In this document: in pieces, positions 52,301-64,000 of the stretch
Numbering within the stretch: position 1 is the stretch's first letter
How the letters are laid out: the number at the start of each line of letters is the position of its first letter
Assembly: GCA_001643675.2 (NCBI GenBank)
Contig: LSRY02000047.1
Coordinates: 725,623-789,622, forward strand
Source: Monocercomonoides exilis PA203
Lineage: Eukaryota; Protista; Preaxostyla
Length of the DNA: 64,000 bases
Direction of reading: 5' to 3'
The notes under the pieces: generated by a model
What the model saw: only the letters and a program-made list of their open reading frames with translations
Databases searched by the model: none
Told to the model about the DNA's origin: nothing
Translations under genes and position numbers: made by a program

Positions 52301-55300
52301 CGAACGAGTAAAATGTCTGCTGATGTTCATCCATCATCGCTTCCTTCTTCTCTTCCCCAATCCCTCCTCTTCCTTTCTGTTGCGATCTGCGCAAGTCTTG
52401 TTTCGAAAGCGTCAATTTGCGATGTGCAAAACTCGTCTTTCTCATTTGTCTTCATCTTTGCTTCGGTTCTTCACGTGATTCCCTTTCCTCTGCTCTTCGC
52501 TCAACTTGCTTTTGAATATCTCTTTTTTTGTCTCTTCCATTTGAACATGCAGTGCTTTCTCTTCGCTTCTTGGAGGTGTCATAAAGCGAGCTGATGAACG
52601 CAATGTGCCTTGAAGCTCCTTCCCTCTTCCACCGCCATTTCTCATTCGATGCCCATTTGCTTCATTCACCCTGTTCAGCACAGCCGGAGCGCGGAAGCCG
52701 TACGAAGTGCTGAAGCAGAGCGGAATGCGCCTCTGGGGAAGAGGAAAACAGTTCAAATGCACATTCAGCGAAGCTGCAGAATGCATTGATAGCGATGATG
52801 TTGTTGAAGATAGCCTAACCAAATGAGATAATTTTTTGTATGGATTATTCAGTTATTGATTGAAAATCTTGCTCACATTCGAATGTTGCGGATCTGATCC
52901 AATGTTAAGAGAGAGGACACGTCAAAGAAGAAGAAGAATGTGATGAAGAAGTGGGAAAAGAAGAAGAAGAGGAAGAGGACAAAGAGGAAGAGAATAAAGC
53001 ATTCTCAAGAGACAGTTCAGGAAATGCATCAGAAAGAAAGGATGGTTGTGCTTCTCTTTTCAAATCGCGTTGCCTTCTTGCATGCCTTCTCTCTCTGCCT
53101 GCACAGCTGTCTGAATGCATTCCATTCCTCTTGCAAAAACTGCCTTTGCTGGTGTCTGCACAACTGTCTGTCTCTTTGAAAATATATTTTGGCTGTCCTG
53201 CTCCTTTCTGATCTTTCTCCTAATCGCAGCAACGGTTGGCCAGATGACAACATAATGCAAATGTTTTTAATTGCTCCATTAACTTTTTCTTCCACTGCTC
53301 AATGACGTGAAAACTGCTGTATCATCAGAAGAATGAGAAGAACAACAAGTCAACGAAGAAGAAGATGAAATATCCGATTAATTGTGATGTGCACAATAAA
53401 AATGTGTTGTATCAGAGGAAATGGAAGATAACATTAATAATTCCTCTTCGCTTTCACCTTCTCTCTCCTTCCTCTTTCTCTCCCCCTTCTTCATCTTATC
53501 TCCATCTTGATTTCCATCACTTCCCTTCTCTCTGTACGCACGCCTACTCCAAAACCCCTCTTCCATCAGCGCTTCTGTCTCTTCGCTCTGTACAACCCAC
53601 TCCTCACACAGCTACCTGCTTTCCACATGATACTTCGGTGAGGCCTCTGCTTCCACTTCGTTCAAAAATTTCATTCAAACAGACAATACAATACGATTAC
53701 ATTTGTACTCCGCTCCTCCTCTTCTGCAATTGCTCCATTTCCAGTGCTCTTCCGTTCTTTGATGTTACAACATCTCTTCTTCTCGTTCTTCTTTGGAATC
53801 TTCATTTCAATCAGTCATTCTATTGCCTCATTTTCATCTCTCTTCCATCTTCTTTATCATCATCTCCACAATATGCTCTTTTCAGTAGTGGAAGCGCAAT
53901 CGACAGAATTCCCCTGAACTTCATCAGCATCTCATAGAGCGAGTTGACACACGTCACCGCCACGAAATACGCTGCCAGCGCTAACAAAACACATGGCAGC
54001 ACAACATTCGGTAACTACATCACATTCACAAAAAAATAGAGCAGACAATATTATGTACTTCACAGCCTCCAGATGCTCTGCTGCCACATGCGCTCAAAAG
54101 ATCGTGGTGCAATGTAATTGACCAGATGCTGCAGGGTGCAGCGCCTCTCCACACACGCGCCCCATCAGCACCACTGCAACAAACGAAGATATCATTATTC
54201 CTGCTGGCGCATTCAGTTGCATCGACAGCGGCTGGAACACATGCTTCACAACCAGACACGAGTACACACTCCGCGGCTCAGTCCCGCATGCCTGCAGCCC
54301 AACATCAGTCGGTATATCTTCCTGTGGTAGTGCCTTTAGCTGTGCTGTGTCGTCTGTCCCAATGACTATCCCTGTAGAAAACACAAACGAAGAAGTCGAA
54401 GAAGAGGCAGAAGTGTGCGCAAATGTTTCTATTCGTCGGGCTTCGATAATGACTAAAAAGAAAAGAAGATGCATAATTTCACAATAAAATCAAAAGAAAA
54501 TACTAAAAAAAATTATTGAAAATATATTAATTCATGCCTTTGAATTCTTCAGATCCGACGTTTTGAATTGAAACAAATTAATCATCATCGATTCAATTTT
54601 CTTTCTTCGCTTCCTCTTTCTATTCGGTTGAGTCACAATCATTAAATCCCAAGACAACCTCCCTGATCAACTTCCTTCCTTCATTCCCCCCCCCCCCCCC
54701 CCCCCCCCTCCTCCTCCTCTCTCTCTCTCTCATTCACACTTCTCACTCTTCCCAATGAGCTGCAACAAATATCTGCTTGTGAATACATTCACAAAATGAA
54801 AAGAAAGCAGCTGCTTCGAGGCAAGCTGTCACAATACAAAGTGGAAGAACATGCAATCAATGAGGGGAAAAATGTGAGAAGGAAGAGAGAAGGAAGGATG
54901 AATGAGGAGCGATGACAGAAGAGAAACATGCTGAACGTGCTATGATTCCATGCAGCAGCCTCAAATGAAAAGAATGGAGGCATCTCATTCGCCAGGCAGT
55001 GCAGCTCGAAACTGCAATTGAAGAGATGGGCAAACAACAGAGAAGATGCAGATATCCGGAAAGAAGAAGAGGAGGAGGAATTGCAGCAGAAGATGTGCTT
55101 GATAGCCATATGTGTGCTACACAAACAGAAACACCAAATTGTCAATGCAAAGTTTGCTGTTTGCAACAATTACAAGTTCTTTCAGCAGTAAAATCCAGTT
55201 GCAGTTGGGCAGAATGTTGTTCGACTGCCAACAAATATTTGATAATTGGATGTCTCGTCGTTGGCTGTTCTACACTCTTTTGAAGCAAAAGCGGAATCAG

Positions 55301-55550
55301 AAATAGAATTTCGCAGCCTTCCACGTCTGCCTGGCACAGTCCGAGAAACAGGAAAACCTTATTAATATAATTGACATCTTGAAATTCTCCTTTTTTCCAA
55401 TGAATTGTTGCCTTTTTTGTGATAAATATCCTTCCCTTGATATTGCAAGCCACTTTTTTTTTGCCAAAAAACTGCTCCCACTGCCTTATATTCCAAATTC
55501 TATAAAACTTTGTGCAGATTTTGTCCTTCACAGAATTCTATCCTTATATC
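49324..55550. pseudogene. Mosaic of decayed coding fragments
   Basis: Alternating GC-richer coding-like patches, e.g. the ARM-like FLRKGILQLILRLLYSPCTEFIDKASSILLSLT at 50603-50845. Many stops and no long ORF. Confidence 0.35.
54686..54731 (+). repeat. Poly-C followed by CTC/CT repeats
   Basis: Visible directly in the sequence. Confidence 0.85.
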
Positions 55551-56982
55551 GACATTCAATAAAACATCATTTGAATTTGTTTTAATCTTTTGTTCCAATC
55601 AAAAATCATGAATCTTGCGTAACTTCATTTGTTTCCCAATGGCTATATAATATTATGTTCTATTCTCATCGTAATGCTCTCCAACGTGAAGATTTGCTAT
55701 TTGACAGACAAGAAAAGTTCCTTTTCTTTGAAAAGGAAGCAAACAGAGCAGTTTTCCAATATAATGAAAAAATTGTAATATTACAATAAAAACTAAATTA
55801 TAAAAAGTATTAGCAAACTGGTAAAAAGTTGGAAAAGTTAGTGGTTTTAAAAAAATGAAAGAAACAAAACTCCAGCTTTAATCAGAACCATATCTTTTTG
55901 AATTTTTGAATATTTATTAAAAAAAAAACAAATATCAGAAAAATTTTGATTTTTTGTTTAATAGTTATGTATGTGATAAGAGTTAGAAAAATGTTTTTTC
56001 TGAATTTTAAAAACTTGTATTCATGGAAAAAACTTCTGTTTTCCGCTTCAAACAATGAAGATGACAGAAGGATCAGAATCTCGATGCCACTTTTTTTTGT
56101 TCAAAATGGTTTATTTCATCGATTTAACTTCATATATTACTAAAAAACTGCTTTTTGAAATCTGCAATTTTCGCCCTTTAGCGCGTAATTTTTTGATCTT
56201 TTTGCCCTCGAAAAAATTAAAATATAGGGTCGGATCCTTTTTTTCATTCAAAAATGTTGATGTGTATGAGTCATATTTTTTCATTTTTCATGCATTTCTG
56301 AATGATTAGATGAGTGATCGTTACAAAAATGTGTTTATTTTATGTTATTGAGTTTTTCTGAAAATCGTAGAAAAATGAGTGAAATGAAAAAAAATACGTC
56401 AAAAAATAACAATCATCCACCAATCAAAATGACATAAAAAAACAAAAAGTACTTCATGATATTAATCATTTAAAAAATTGAAAACAGTTAGAAATTTTCT
56501 AATCAAATTCAATAACTTTCAAAAAAACACAATTCTGTCACATAATCATAAAACAATCACCAAATATCAACTAAATATCAACAATTTTGAACAATGAAAA
56601 ATATAAGAAGAAATAGCACTATTTCAACAAATTCATGGTATCAAAGACAATTCCAAACAAAAAAGAATACTTATATAAAAAGTTCAAAAACTAACTTGTC
56701 TATTTTCCCTCTGTTTTCCATCCACTCACCCCTTTCTGATATTTCTCTCTCTTTGACTCAAAAAGATCAAATCCAACAAAGAAAAAAGACAGACACAATG
56801 ATAAAACAACATTTCACACTCTCAACAACTCTCCCTTCCAAAAACCTCACTCAAAGATCAATGAATTCCTTCACAACTCTATCTATTAATGAATCTCGAT
56901 ATATACATGTATAAGCGGGACAATAACCAAGAAATAAATAGTGACATATCAGGGACAATAACCAAAAGAAAACAATCGGATT

Positions 56983-57120
56983 CTAACTGTTGTGCACCTG
57001 GGAGGCTGTTCGTCGTATCCAGGTCCGGATATTGCAGCCCGAAGGCTGCAATATCTAATACGAACAGTCATGTCCAGCACCCTTCCGATAGAGTGCCAGC
57101 TAAGCATGCACAACAACTAG
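56983..57120 (-). ncRNA. Putative structured RNA element immediately after the transposase B stop codon
   Basis: On the minus strand: a 14-bp closing stem with G-U pairs, hairpin CUGGCACUCU/AGGGUGCUGG, stem GACUGUUCGU/ACGAACAGCC, a perfect 12-bp stem capped by C(UUCG)G, and CAGCCUCCCAGG. Confidence 0.72.
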
Positions 57121-57124
57121 TTTC

Positions 57125-60100
57125 TTAATAGGGGACACCAAAAGAACAATTTTGAGATTCATTAAAAGAAGAAGAGTCAAGAAGAAGCTCAAATCTCCTT
57201 GAAAGAAGATCTTGAGAAGATTGAGAAAGAAGAGAAGAGTTAGATGATGTGATATCAGAGTGAAATGACTTTCTTGATCTTTGAACTTTTTCTTTCATTG
57301 TTGAAGATTCGAGGGCAACCAGAGAGCGTTGAGGAAGATATCCAACAGCTGAAGCAGAGACAAATGAGCCTTTGCGCTCAAAATACAAGTAGTCCTTCAT
57401 GTGAGGGACTGACAGAGATGGCCATGAAATTTGCTGAGATGGTACATATTCTTCAAAGTACCTCTCATGCTCAAAGTTATTGACAGATGTTGAAGATGGT
57501 GAAGAGTTCGATGATGATGTTGAGAAAATGTTTGATTGTGAAGTTGAAGAAGCTGATGTCGAAGTGTTCATATTGTTTTCGAAGAAGTTGATCAAATCAT
57601 GAAGTGTGGTGATGTGTTCATTCGAAAGATTGTTGTCGATTGCATTCACTAACGCACCAAATTCACTATCACAGATATTTTTTCCATGATGCTCAGCGAA
57701 GAAGTTGAGTTGAGTATTTTTCTTTTTAAGAAGTTTTGATTGTTTTGAAAGGATGAAGTGAAGAAGGAAGCGATTACGGTTGTGTGGACCTGAATCGCAG
57801 AAGAACTTAAAAGTGTGAGTGTCTGCGAAGAAGTGTCTTTTGATCACAGATTCCAGACACTCAATAAGAAATCTGTGATCATTTGAGAGGCAGTCGGAGA
57901 AGAAGTCGAATGTTCGTTTTATTTGTTGATTATTAATTTTTTGAAGAGAGATGATTGTGAATTGAGAAACTTGTTGATAATTGAAGAATTCCTGTTGAAG
58001 TTGATTTTTTCTGATAGGGAGTTTCCACTTCTCTTTGAAGTCGAAGACGAAGACTGCTTCTCCCTCTTTCAGATTATCAACAGTTGATTGATAATGTTTT
58101 CGTTGCATTTCTGCAACAAGACGATGTTGTCGAAGAAGTTTGAGTGTATGAAATTCGGCAGAAGAAAGTCCATTTTTATTTTGTGAAGACTTCAGTTTGT
58201 TTTCGAGATAGTTGAGTTTCTCGCACATTCCACAAAGATCTGTACGTCTTTTCGCTTTGGAAAAGTTGGTAGTGAGTTTGTAGAAATGTGACAGAGAAAC
58301 TTTGATGTTTGTTTCTTCTGTGAACTCACTCCATAATTTTGTCTTGGGCTTGAAGATTAATCTTTTCTCATTGGGAGAAAAGATGCCCATTTTCTTTCTT
58401 TTTTCTTTCAAAGCTTCCAATCCATAAGAAGATGGAATTGATGATGGTAGTTGTGGAATGGAAGTTGTTGGATGAAGTGGAGTGATGAATGAGGATGAGG
58501 ATGATGATGATGATGATGATGAAATGTTATTTAAAGTGTTTAAATTTGATGTTTCTGAAGAAGAAGAAGAACCACCAAATTGAATAGTAGATAGTGTTGG
58601 TTTTGTTTTTTCTTTTGTGTAAAATGAAAGGGAAGGAGTGAAACCTTGTGAGTGAAGATTATTCCATGAAGAACTCCATTTGTCACTATCGAATTCAGAA
58701 ACACTTTCATCATTGCAAATACTCCAAAAACTATTGATTCCACTTTTTCTTTTCACAATTGCGATGTAATGTCCGTTTTGTTGATCCAGACGTTTCAATA
58801 GTATTTGTCCAGAAAAATGATATATGATGGTTTCTTGATTATCTTTTTGAAGATGTTGAATATCTTTAGAAGAAAACCCTTTGCAAAACGTGCGTTGATT
58901 GACTCTGTCTGTTTCCATTAGTAATGTTCTCGAAGGTGCTGAACTAGCAGAATCAGTTCATTCATGACAGAGGGCTAGCACCTCTGGAAATGCAGCCATT
59001 TCCTCCCATCTCGCAGCACAGCATTTTTCCTTGCATGCATCACAATAGACACTATTCTTTCCTTCCAAAACTTCAGTTGCAAAGAGAGAAGATAATCCAT
59101 GTTGCGTTGATGAAGAATTGATAACAATATTGCTACAAAATTCATTGAAATGTAATGTGATTTGTTGGCATTTTTGGCATTTGAAATGAGTGATTAAAAC
59201 AGGATTGAAGGTGTCCTTATTTATCAACTCATCTTTTTGAAGAAGTTGGTGAAGATTGTCAAATGCCTCAGCCACATTTTGCTGCTGTCTGCTTCCATAG
59301 TTGCAGAAATTTTCCCATTTGTCAATAAGAGATGGGACCCATGAACGCACTGCCGTTCCATCTTTAGCCAATTGATGACAAACACTTACAACACGCGAAG
59401 ATGTGTTCTTCAAAAATGTTTGTTTTTTGAATAAAGATGGTTTTTGAATAGTTATTGAAGAGAAACATTGAAGAAGAGAAGCCAAATAGCATGTGTTGCC
59501 TAAGTTAGGCAATCCTTTTGCTATTTGTGATGATTTATTTGAAGAATTTAATGAATTTGAGAAAGATTGAGAATGAGAATGATTTTTTATTGAATTTTCT
59601 TTTGCATTCTTTTTTGAAATATTTTTTGAAGAATTATTTTGAATAGATATTTCATTATTTGAAGATTGAATGCTTTGTTGTTGAAGTATTGAAGTGTCAT
59701 TCTCTTTTGAAAATGAAGAAAAGAGATTTTGAAATGCTTGAGGTGGAATTAATGTGGGTGAAGTGGCATAATCTACTAATTGCTCACTTACAAACACATT
59801 ATCATTTTGAAATGATGAAGTATTTATTTTTTCTTTCAATTTTTTTGTAATTGAAATTTGTGAAGAAGAAGTTTTTGATTTGAATATTTTGTGAATTGGT
59901 ATTGGAGATGGAGAAGAATGACGCTTGTGATATGAATTTTTATTTTGGTTTTTTGTTGACCCCCTTTCTCTCCTTATTGGAGTGTTGATTGGAGCATCAA
60001 CAGCTTGAGAAGAAGAAGAATTTGAAGAAGGAGAATTTTTTTATGAAATGGTTTTTGAATTTTTATTGAGTTGAGATGATGTCGAAGAAGAAGAAGATTG

Positions 60101-60828
60101 TTTTTTATTTGTAGAAGAATTTTCTGTAATAATTTCTTCATCCCAAGCTGCTTCGTCAATAAATCTGGCGTAATCTGGCTCAGCTCGCTGCTTTTTCTTT
60201 GCTGACTGAAGCGAAGTTGAGGCTTCAGTTGAATGAGCCAACATCCAGTTATTGCCCTTTTCCCATTCCTGTTCATTTAAGCCTATAATAAACAGAGAAA
60301 ATTATTCAAAAAAAATTAAAATAAATACAAACCACTTTTGCAAGACGGAAGGTGAGGTTTTGTGGCGGAATGATAAAACCTTGATTCTTCTTCAGCGTTT
60401 GCTTCGCGTAAATAAATTTTCCCTCTGTGACATCATATCCATAGTCCTGTAAATCGGATAATGATGTGTTGCGGAAAGCGCTTGTAGCATTGTTGTCTGA
60501 GTGTGCAACGGAGCGTTGTTGTACACCACAGACAGGTCTTCCAGCAACTTTATGTGATATTCTGTTTCAAAAAAATAAATAATTAACAAATCAAAAAGAA
60601 AAAAATAACAGAGAGTAATAATATTATTTATAACACACAATACAAAAAATAAAAAACCAAACCATTCAAAGACTTCAGTAAATCATCAATTACTGAAGAT
60701 GATTGCCTGTAGGTGTAAAACAAATAGGCAAGCAACGAATCCACGTCATTTCCGCCGATTCTCTTTATTTCTTGCCATAGAACATTGCAACGAGAATTTA
60801 ATGTCGATTCGCGTTTTGAAATGGACAT
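57125..60828 (-). CDS. Sola2-like DDD transposase with an inserted USP domain; 3 exons, with in-frame stops and indels
   Basis: USP GLPNLGNTCYLASLLQ, QQNVAE, CxxC pairs, GHYIAIVK..WSICND. Transposase RRTDLCGMCE, FDFKEKW, SDCLSNDHRF, CDSGPHNRN, FFAEHHGKNICDSEFG. In-frame TAA at 60041-60043 and TGA at 58958-58960; indels in exon 2. Confidence 0.87.
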
Positions 60829-61126
60829 TTTCTCTAATAAATATTTTCTTATGGAAAATCACAATTATTCTAAAATAATTTTTTTATTTAAAAAATATGT
60901 ATTGTTATTTTTCATTATTTGACTATTTCCAAAATTGTTAAAAATTTTTTAACGTGATTTGAATTATAGAAAAATTTTAAAAATTTCTTATCAGAAAAAA
61001 TTGGAAAAATTAAAGAATTCTTAAATTGAAGGTTTATTGAAAAATTCATCACATAAATGAACTTGTCTGATGAAAAATATCATTCTCATATATAAAGTTC
61101 TTAAAAATATATATAATATTGTTCTT

Positions 61127-61320
61127 CAATGAAAAAGAATCAGATCCATAATTCAAAATTCGAAGGAGTCAAAAAGATCAAAAAAAAAGTGCTAAAGGGG
61201 GAAAGTGCAAGGAGCAGAAAACAGTTTTTTCCAATAAATAAAGTACATATGTCGTTATTTATCATTTCCGGCATAAATCAGACACATGATAATATTGTCA
61301 TTTTGTGATCGTCATTGTTT
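61127..61320 (+). repeat. Diverged internal copy of the element B TIR
   Basis: Collinear with 63760-63960, e.g. CAAAAAGATCAAAAAA...GCTAAAGGG.GAAA.TGCA...CAGTTTTTT. Confidence 0.7.
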
Positions 61321-61493
61321 TTAATTTTCAAACAGAAAAATTGAATTTATTTTTTCTCGATGAATGAAAGGATTTTGGATTTTTTACCAAAGCCAGAGAG
61401 TTTATAATTTTTTTTATTATAAATGTGAATTAAATATTTCAAATTGAAATTTTTAGTGAAAATCTGATGAAACCCAATAAAAGGAAATTCATA

Positions 61494-63361
61494 ATGTCAA
61501 GTGGGAGGTTGTCTGGTTCTCGATTTTCCCGTGCGCACACAAGCATGAGAAAGCAAAGCATAATGAACGATGTGGATATGCTATCGAACTTTTTCAGAAA
61601 TATGTCAGTTGATCATGCAAATAAAGTCCTCTTCGAATTTTTTATCAAATCGATCCCCGGAAACTCGCTAATGAATAATCTGATGAAAAATTATGGATGT
61701 TTGCTTTTTGTTTTTCCTTTATTTTCTTTGTTTTTTGTAATTAAATATTTTTTATTTTGATATTTATTATGTTTTTATTTTTTTATTATTTGTTTATAAA
61801 AAAGCACCATTACATAAGATCGTCCAAAAATTGAAGCTCCCGTTCAATGAATCGAACCCGTATATCCAAGAAAAAATGCTGCTGTGTCTGACTGAGTGGT
61901 TTTCTCAGCAAGAACTGATACAAGATTTCAATTACAAGATCAACTGTTTGGGTGAATGTTTGAAGGATTAAAAGGAAGAGAATTCAATTCAATCAATTTT
62001 TCGGAAGCAATCTTCTTCATCAAGTTACAGTGTAATATCTTCAGACGAAGATGAAGCGGTTGATCAAATGTCTGAAGAAGAAGAAAGCGACGATGAAGAA
62101 ACGGAGATCGATGAATGTTTAAAAATGAGCAAAGATAAAAAATGTTCAGATATTAAAGGAGGAGGAATGAAAATGGAAATAGAGGTTTGGTTTTTTATTT
62201 TTTTTTCAAAAATTGCCTGATTCAATTTGACAGGCAAATCAATAATTATTTGTTTATTTTTTTGTTTGTTGCTTTGAAGCAACAGTCTTCAATGGAAGCA
62301 TTAGGAAATCCTTATTCTGTTCTTTCAACAGTTCCACAAATGAGTAGCTTTTTTCAATTTCCTCATTCGTTTCTATTTCCAGCTCATCCTTTACCAAAAG
62401 AATCACGTTCATATGTTCAGGTGTTGGTGAATTGTGGGAGGGAGTTGATAAATTTTGGATCATCATGTGCTTTAGCTTCTATTTGTCAATGTCTGGCATC
62501 GTTTGGAGTGCAATGTGATATCAAAAAAAGACGTGGAGGAGTGTATATTTTCCGAAGACTTTTCAGTGCAATCAGAGGGAGAACTGTGACAAGCAAAGTG
62601 TGGGGAACTCCAGCATTTATGAATTTTGTGCAAAAACATGGTGGGAGCAAATCTGATCCATTAGGGATCACAACAGCATATGAAGCAATTCTGAACGATG
62701 CATTTTGGAGGGGTGCAATATCAAGAAAGACTTCACAGTGAAGCAATCTTCATTCAAACTGTGTGCGAAGTGTTCTCATGTTCGTGTTCATAACCAAAAT
62801 CCTTCGTTTTATTTCACCATCATGCATCCATCGATTGTGAAGGGGTTGAATTTGTCATTGTCTGTAACCGATCAGTTATCAACTGAGGAACCGTGTATTG
62901 ATGCTTATTGTGGGTGCAAGACTTCATTTTTGTATTGGACACAAATTGACAGGTTCCCAAAAATCCTTGCAATTTATCATAGCTCAAAGGAAAACTCCCC
63001 TGTTATGCAACCGCCCAAAACTATCACATTTCATGGAAGTGGATCCACTCCGAAATCGATGGTGGTGACGTCACATGCAACAAATCAACTGAAACATGAG
63101 TTTTCTTTCTTTCCGAGGATTGATTACAATTTCATTGGATATGTCCTTCATTCGATGAAACCTATGCCTATTGGTCATTTTATAGCAGTTGTTGTTGATG
63201 GAAGAGATGAATCGACTGGGGAGCTTAGTCTACTGGAGTGCAATGATGGAGTTATATCTCAGGTGAATTCCCATTTCAATGAAGCATATTGGAAAGCAAT
63301 GGCAAATGAAGGATGGAATGGTGCAATTTGTTTTTATAGAATAAACCAAATGATTGAATGA
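61494..63361 (+). CDS. USP-like paralog of the transposase gene, lacking the DDD domain; 3 exons
   Basis: Divergent Cys box LINFGSSCALASICQ, CAKC/CIDAYC, RFPKILAI, His box GHFIAVV..ECNDG; stops right after the USP domain. In-frame TAA at 61969-61971 and a 1-nt indel at 62703-62706. Confidence 0.75.
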
Positions 63362-64000
63362 TTTTGTTCTTTGTCTATTTTTGCTTTAATTTTTACTTTT
63401 TTTTTCCTTGCGATTTTTACTTTCGAATTTTTCTTTTTTCAATTTTCTCACTTCCTCTCTTGATGTTTTCAGTTTGATTTTTAACAGTTTTCTCAAGAAA
63501 TCATTTATAATGAATGAAATATTTTTTATTTGAATAATGAATTTCTTCTGAAATGACAAATCCTTCAAAATTACAAAAAAACATATCATAATTTAAAATA
63601 AAAATAAAAAATGAAAAATATGAAAACATCAATAACATTAACATTGCTGTTAAAAAAACAAATAAAATTTATTTTCAGAAAATTTATATGATACCTGTCC
63701 TTATACGATTTTTAAATCACAAATTTTAAAAATTCGACTATACTCAACATTGTCAATTTTGAATGAAAAAAAGGATCCGACCCTATATTTTAATTTTTTC
63801 GAGGGCAAAAAGATCAAAAAATTACGCGCTAAAGGGCGAAAAATGCAGATTTCAAAAAGCAGTTTTTTAGTAATATATGAAGTTAAATCGATGAAATAAA
63901 CCATTTTGAACAAAAAAAAGTGGCATCGAGATTCTGATCCTTCTGTCATCTTCATTGTTTGAAGCGGAAAACAGAAGTTTTTCCATGAATACAAGTTTTT

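Larger units (their letters stand above)
56009..64000. mobile_element. Element B: Sola2-like DNA transposon with long TIRs; right end is beyond the window
   Basis: 56009-56253 is the reverse complement of 63757-64000 with about 2 differences, and the match runs off the window edge. It encloses a transposase-USP gene and a divergent USP paralog. Confidence 0.88.

Noticed and set aside
55742-55770. GAGCAGTTTTCC as the true left terminus of element B
   Set aside because: It fits the GRG rule, but the partner end and TSD lie outside the window, so it cannot be supported.
55946-56309. ORFs 56055-56309 and 63701-63994 with near-identical translations
   Set aside because: They are translations of the two TIR copies, not genes.
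56983-58960. In-frame TGA plus a 3' stem-loop read as selenocysteine recoding with a SECIS
   Set aside because: The structure lacks the AUGA/GA quartet with an apical AA. The TGA is not at a Cys-homologous position, and gene A has a similar RNA without any in-frame TGA.
60041-61971. In-frame TAA as evidence of a TAR=Gln genetic code
   Set aside because: Host genes here end in TAA or TAG (CAPZA, CAPZB, RPN11, VPS35), and the long transposon ORFs use CAA/CAG for Gln with only two TAA cases.

Overview
Eukaryotic, AT-rich protist DNA with short GT-AG introns and the standard genetic code. The style and a lineage-expanded gene family suggest an oxymonad such as Monocercomonoides (inference only). 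Positions 1-26.3 kb are gene-dense housekeeping sequence: DPH6, adjacent F-actin capping protein alpha and beta genes, a C2H2 protein, importin-beta, Rpn11, VPS35, a P-type cyclin, EEF1AKMT1 and several hypotheticals. Positions 26.6-64 kb are transposon and pseudogene territory. The main discovery candidate is a pair of divergent Sola2-like DDD DNA transposons whose transposase carries a complete USP (peptidase C19) deubiquitinase domain inserted in its N-terminal half. Each transposase gene is followed by a GC-rich structured RNA-like element with the same architecture and a shared 12-mer, CAGCCTCCCAGG. Element A (26570-43404) has 29-bp GGG...CCC TIRs, an AAAT target-site duplication and captured host-gene cargo. 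Element B has TIRs of at least 244 bp, a divergently transcribed USP paralog lacking the transposase domain, and an internal relic TIR. A perfect 297-bp palindrome lies at 45873-46169.
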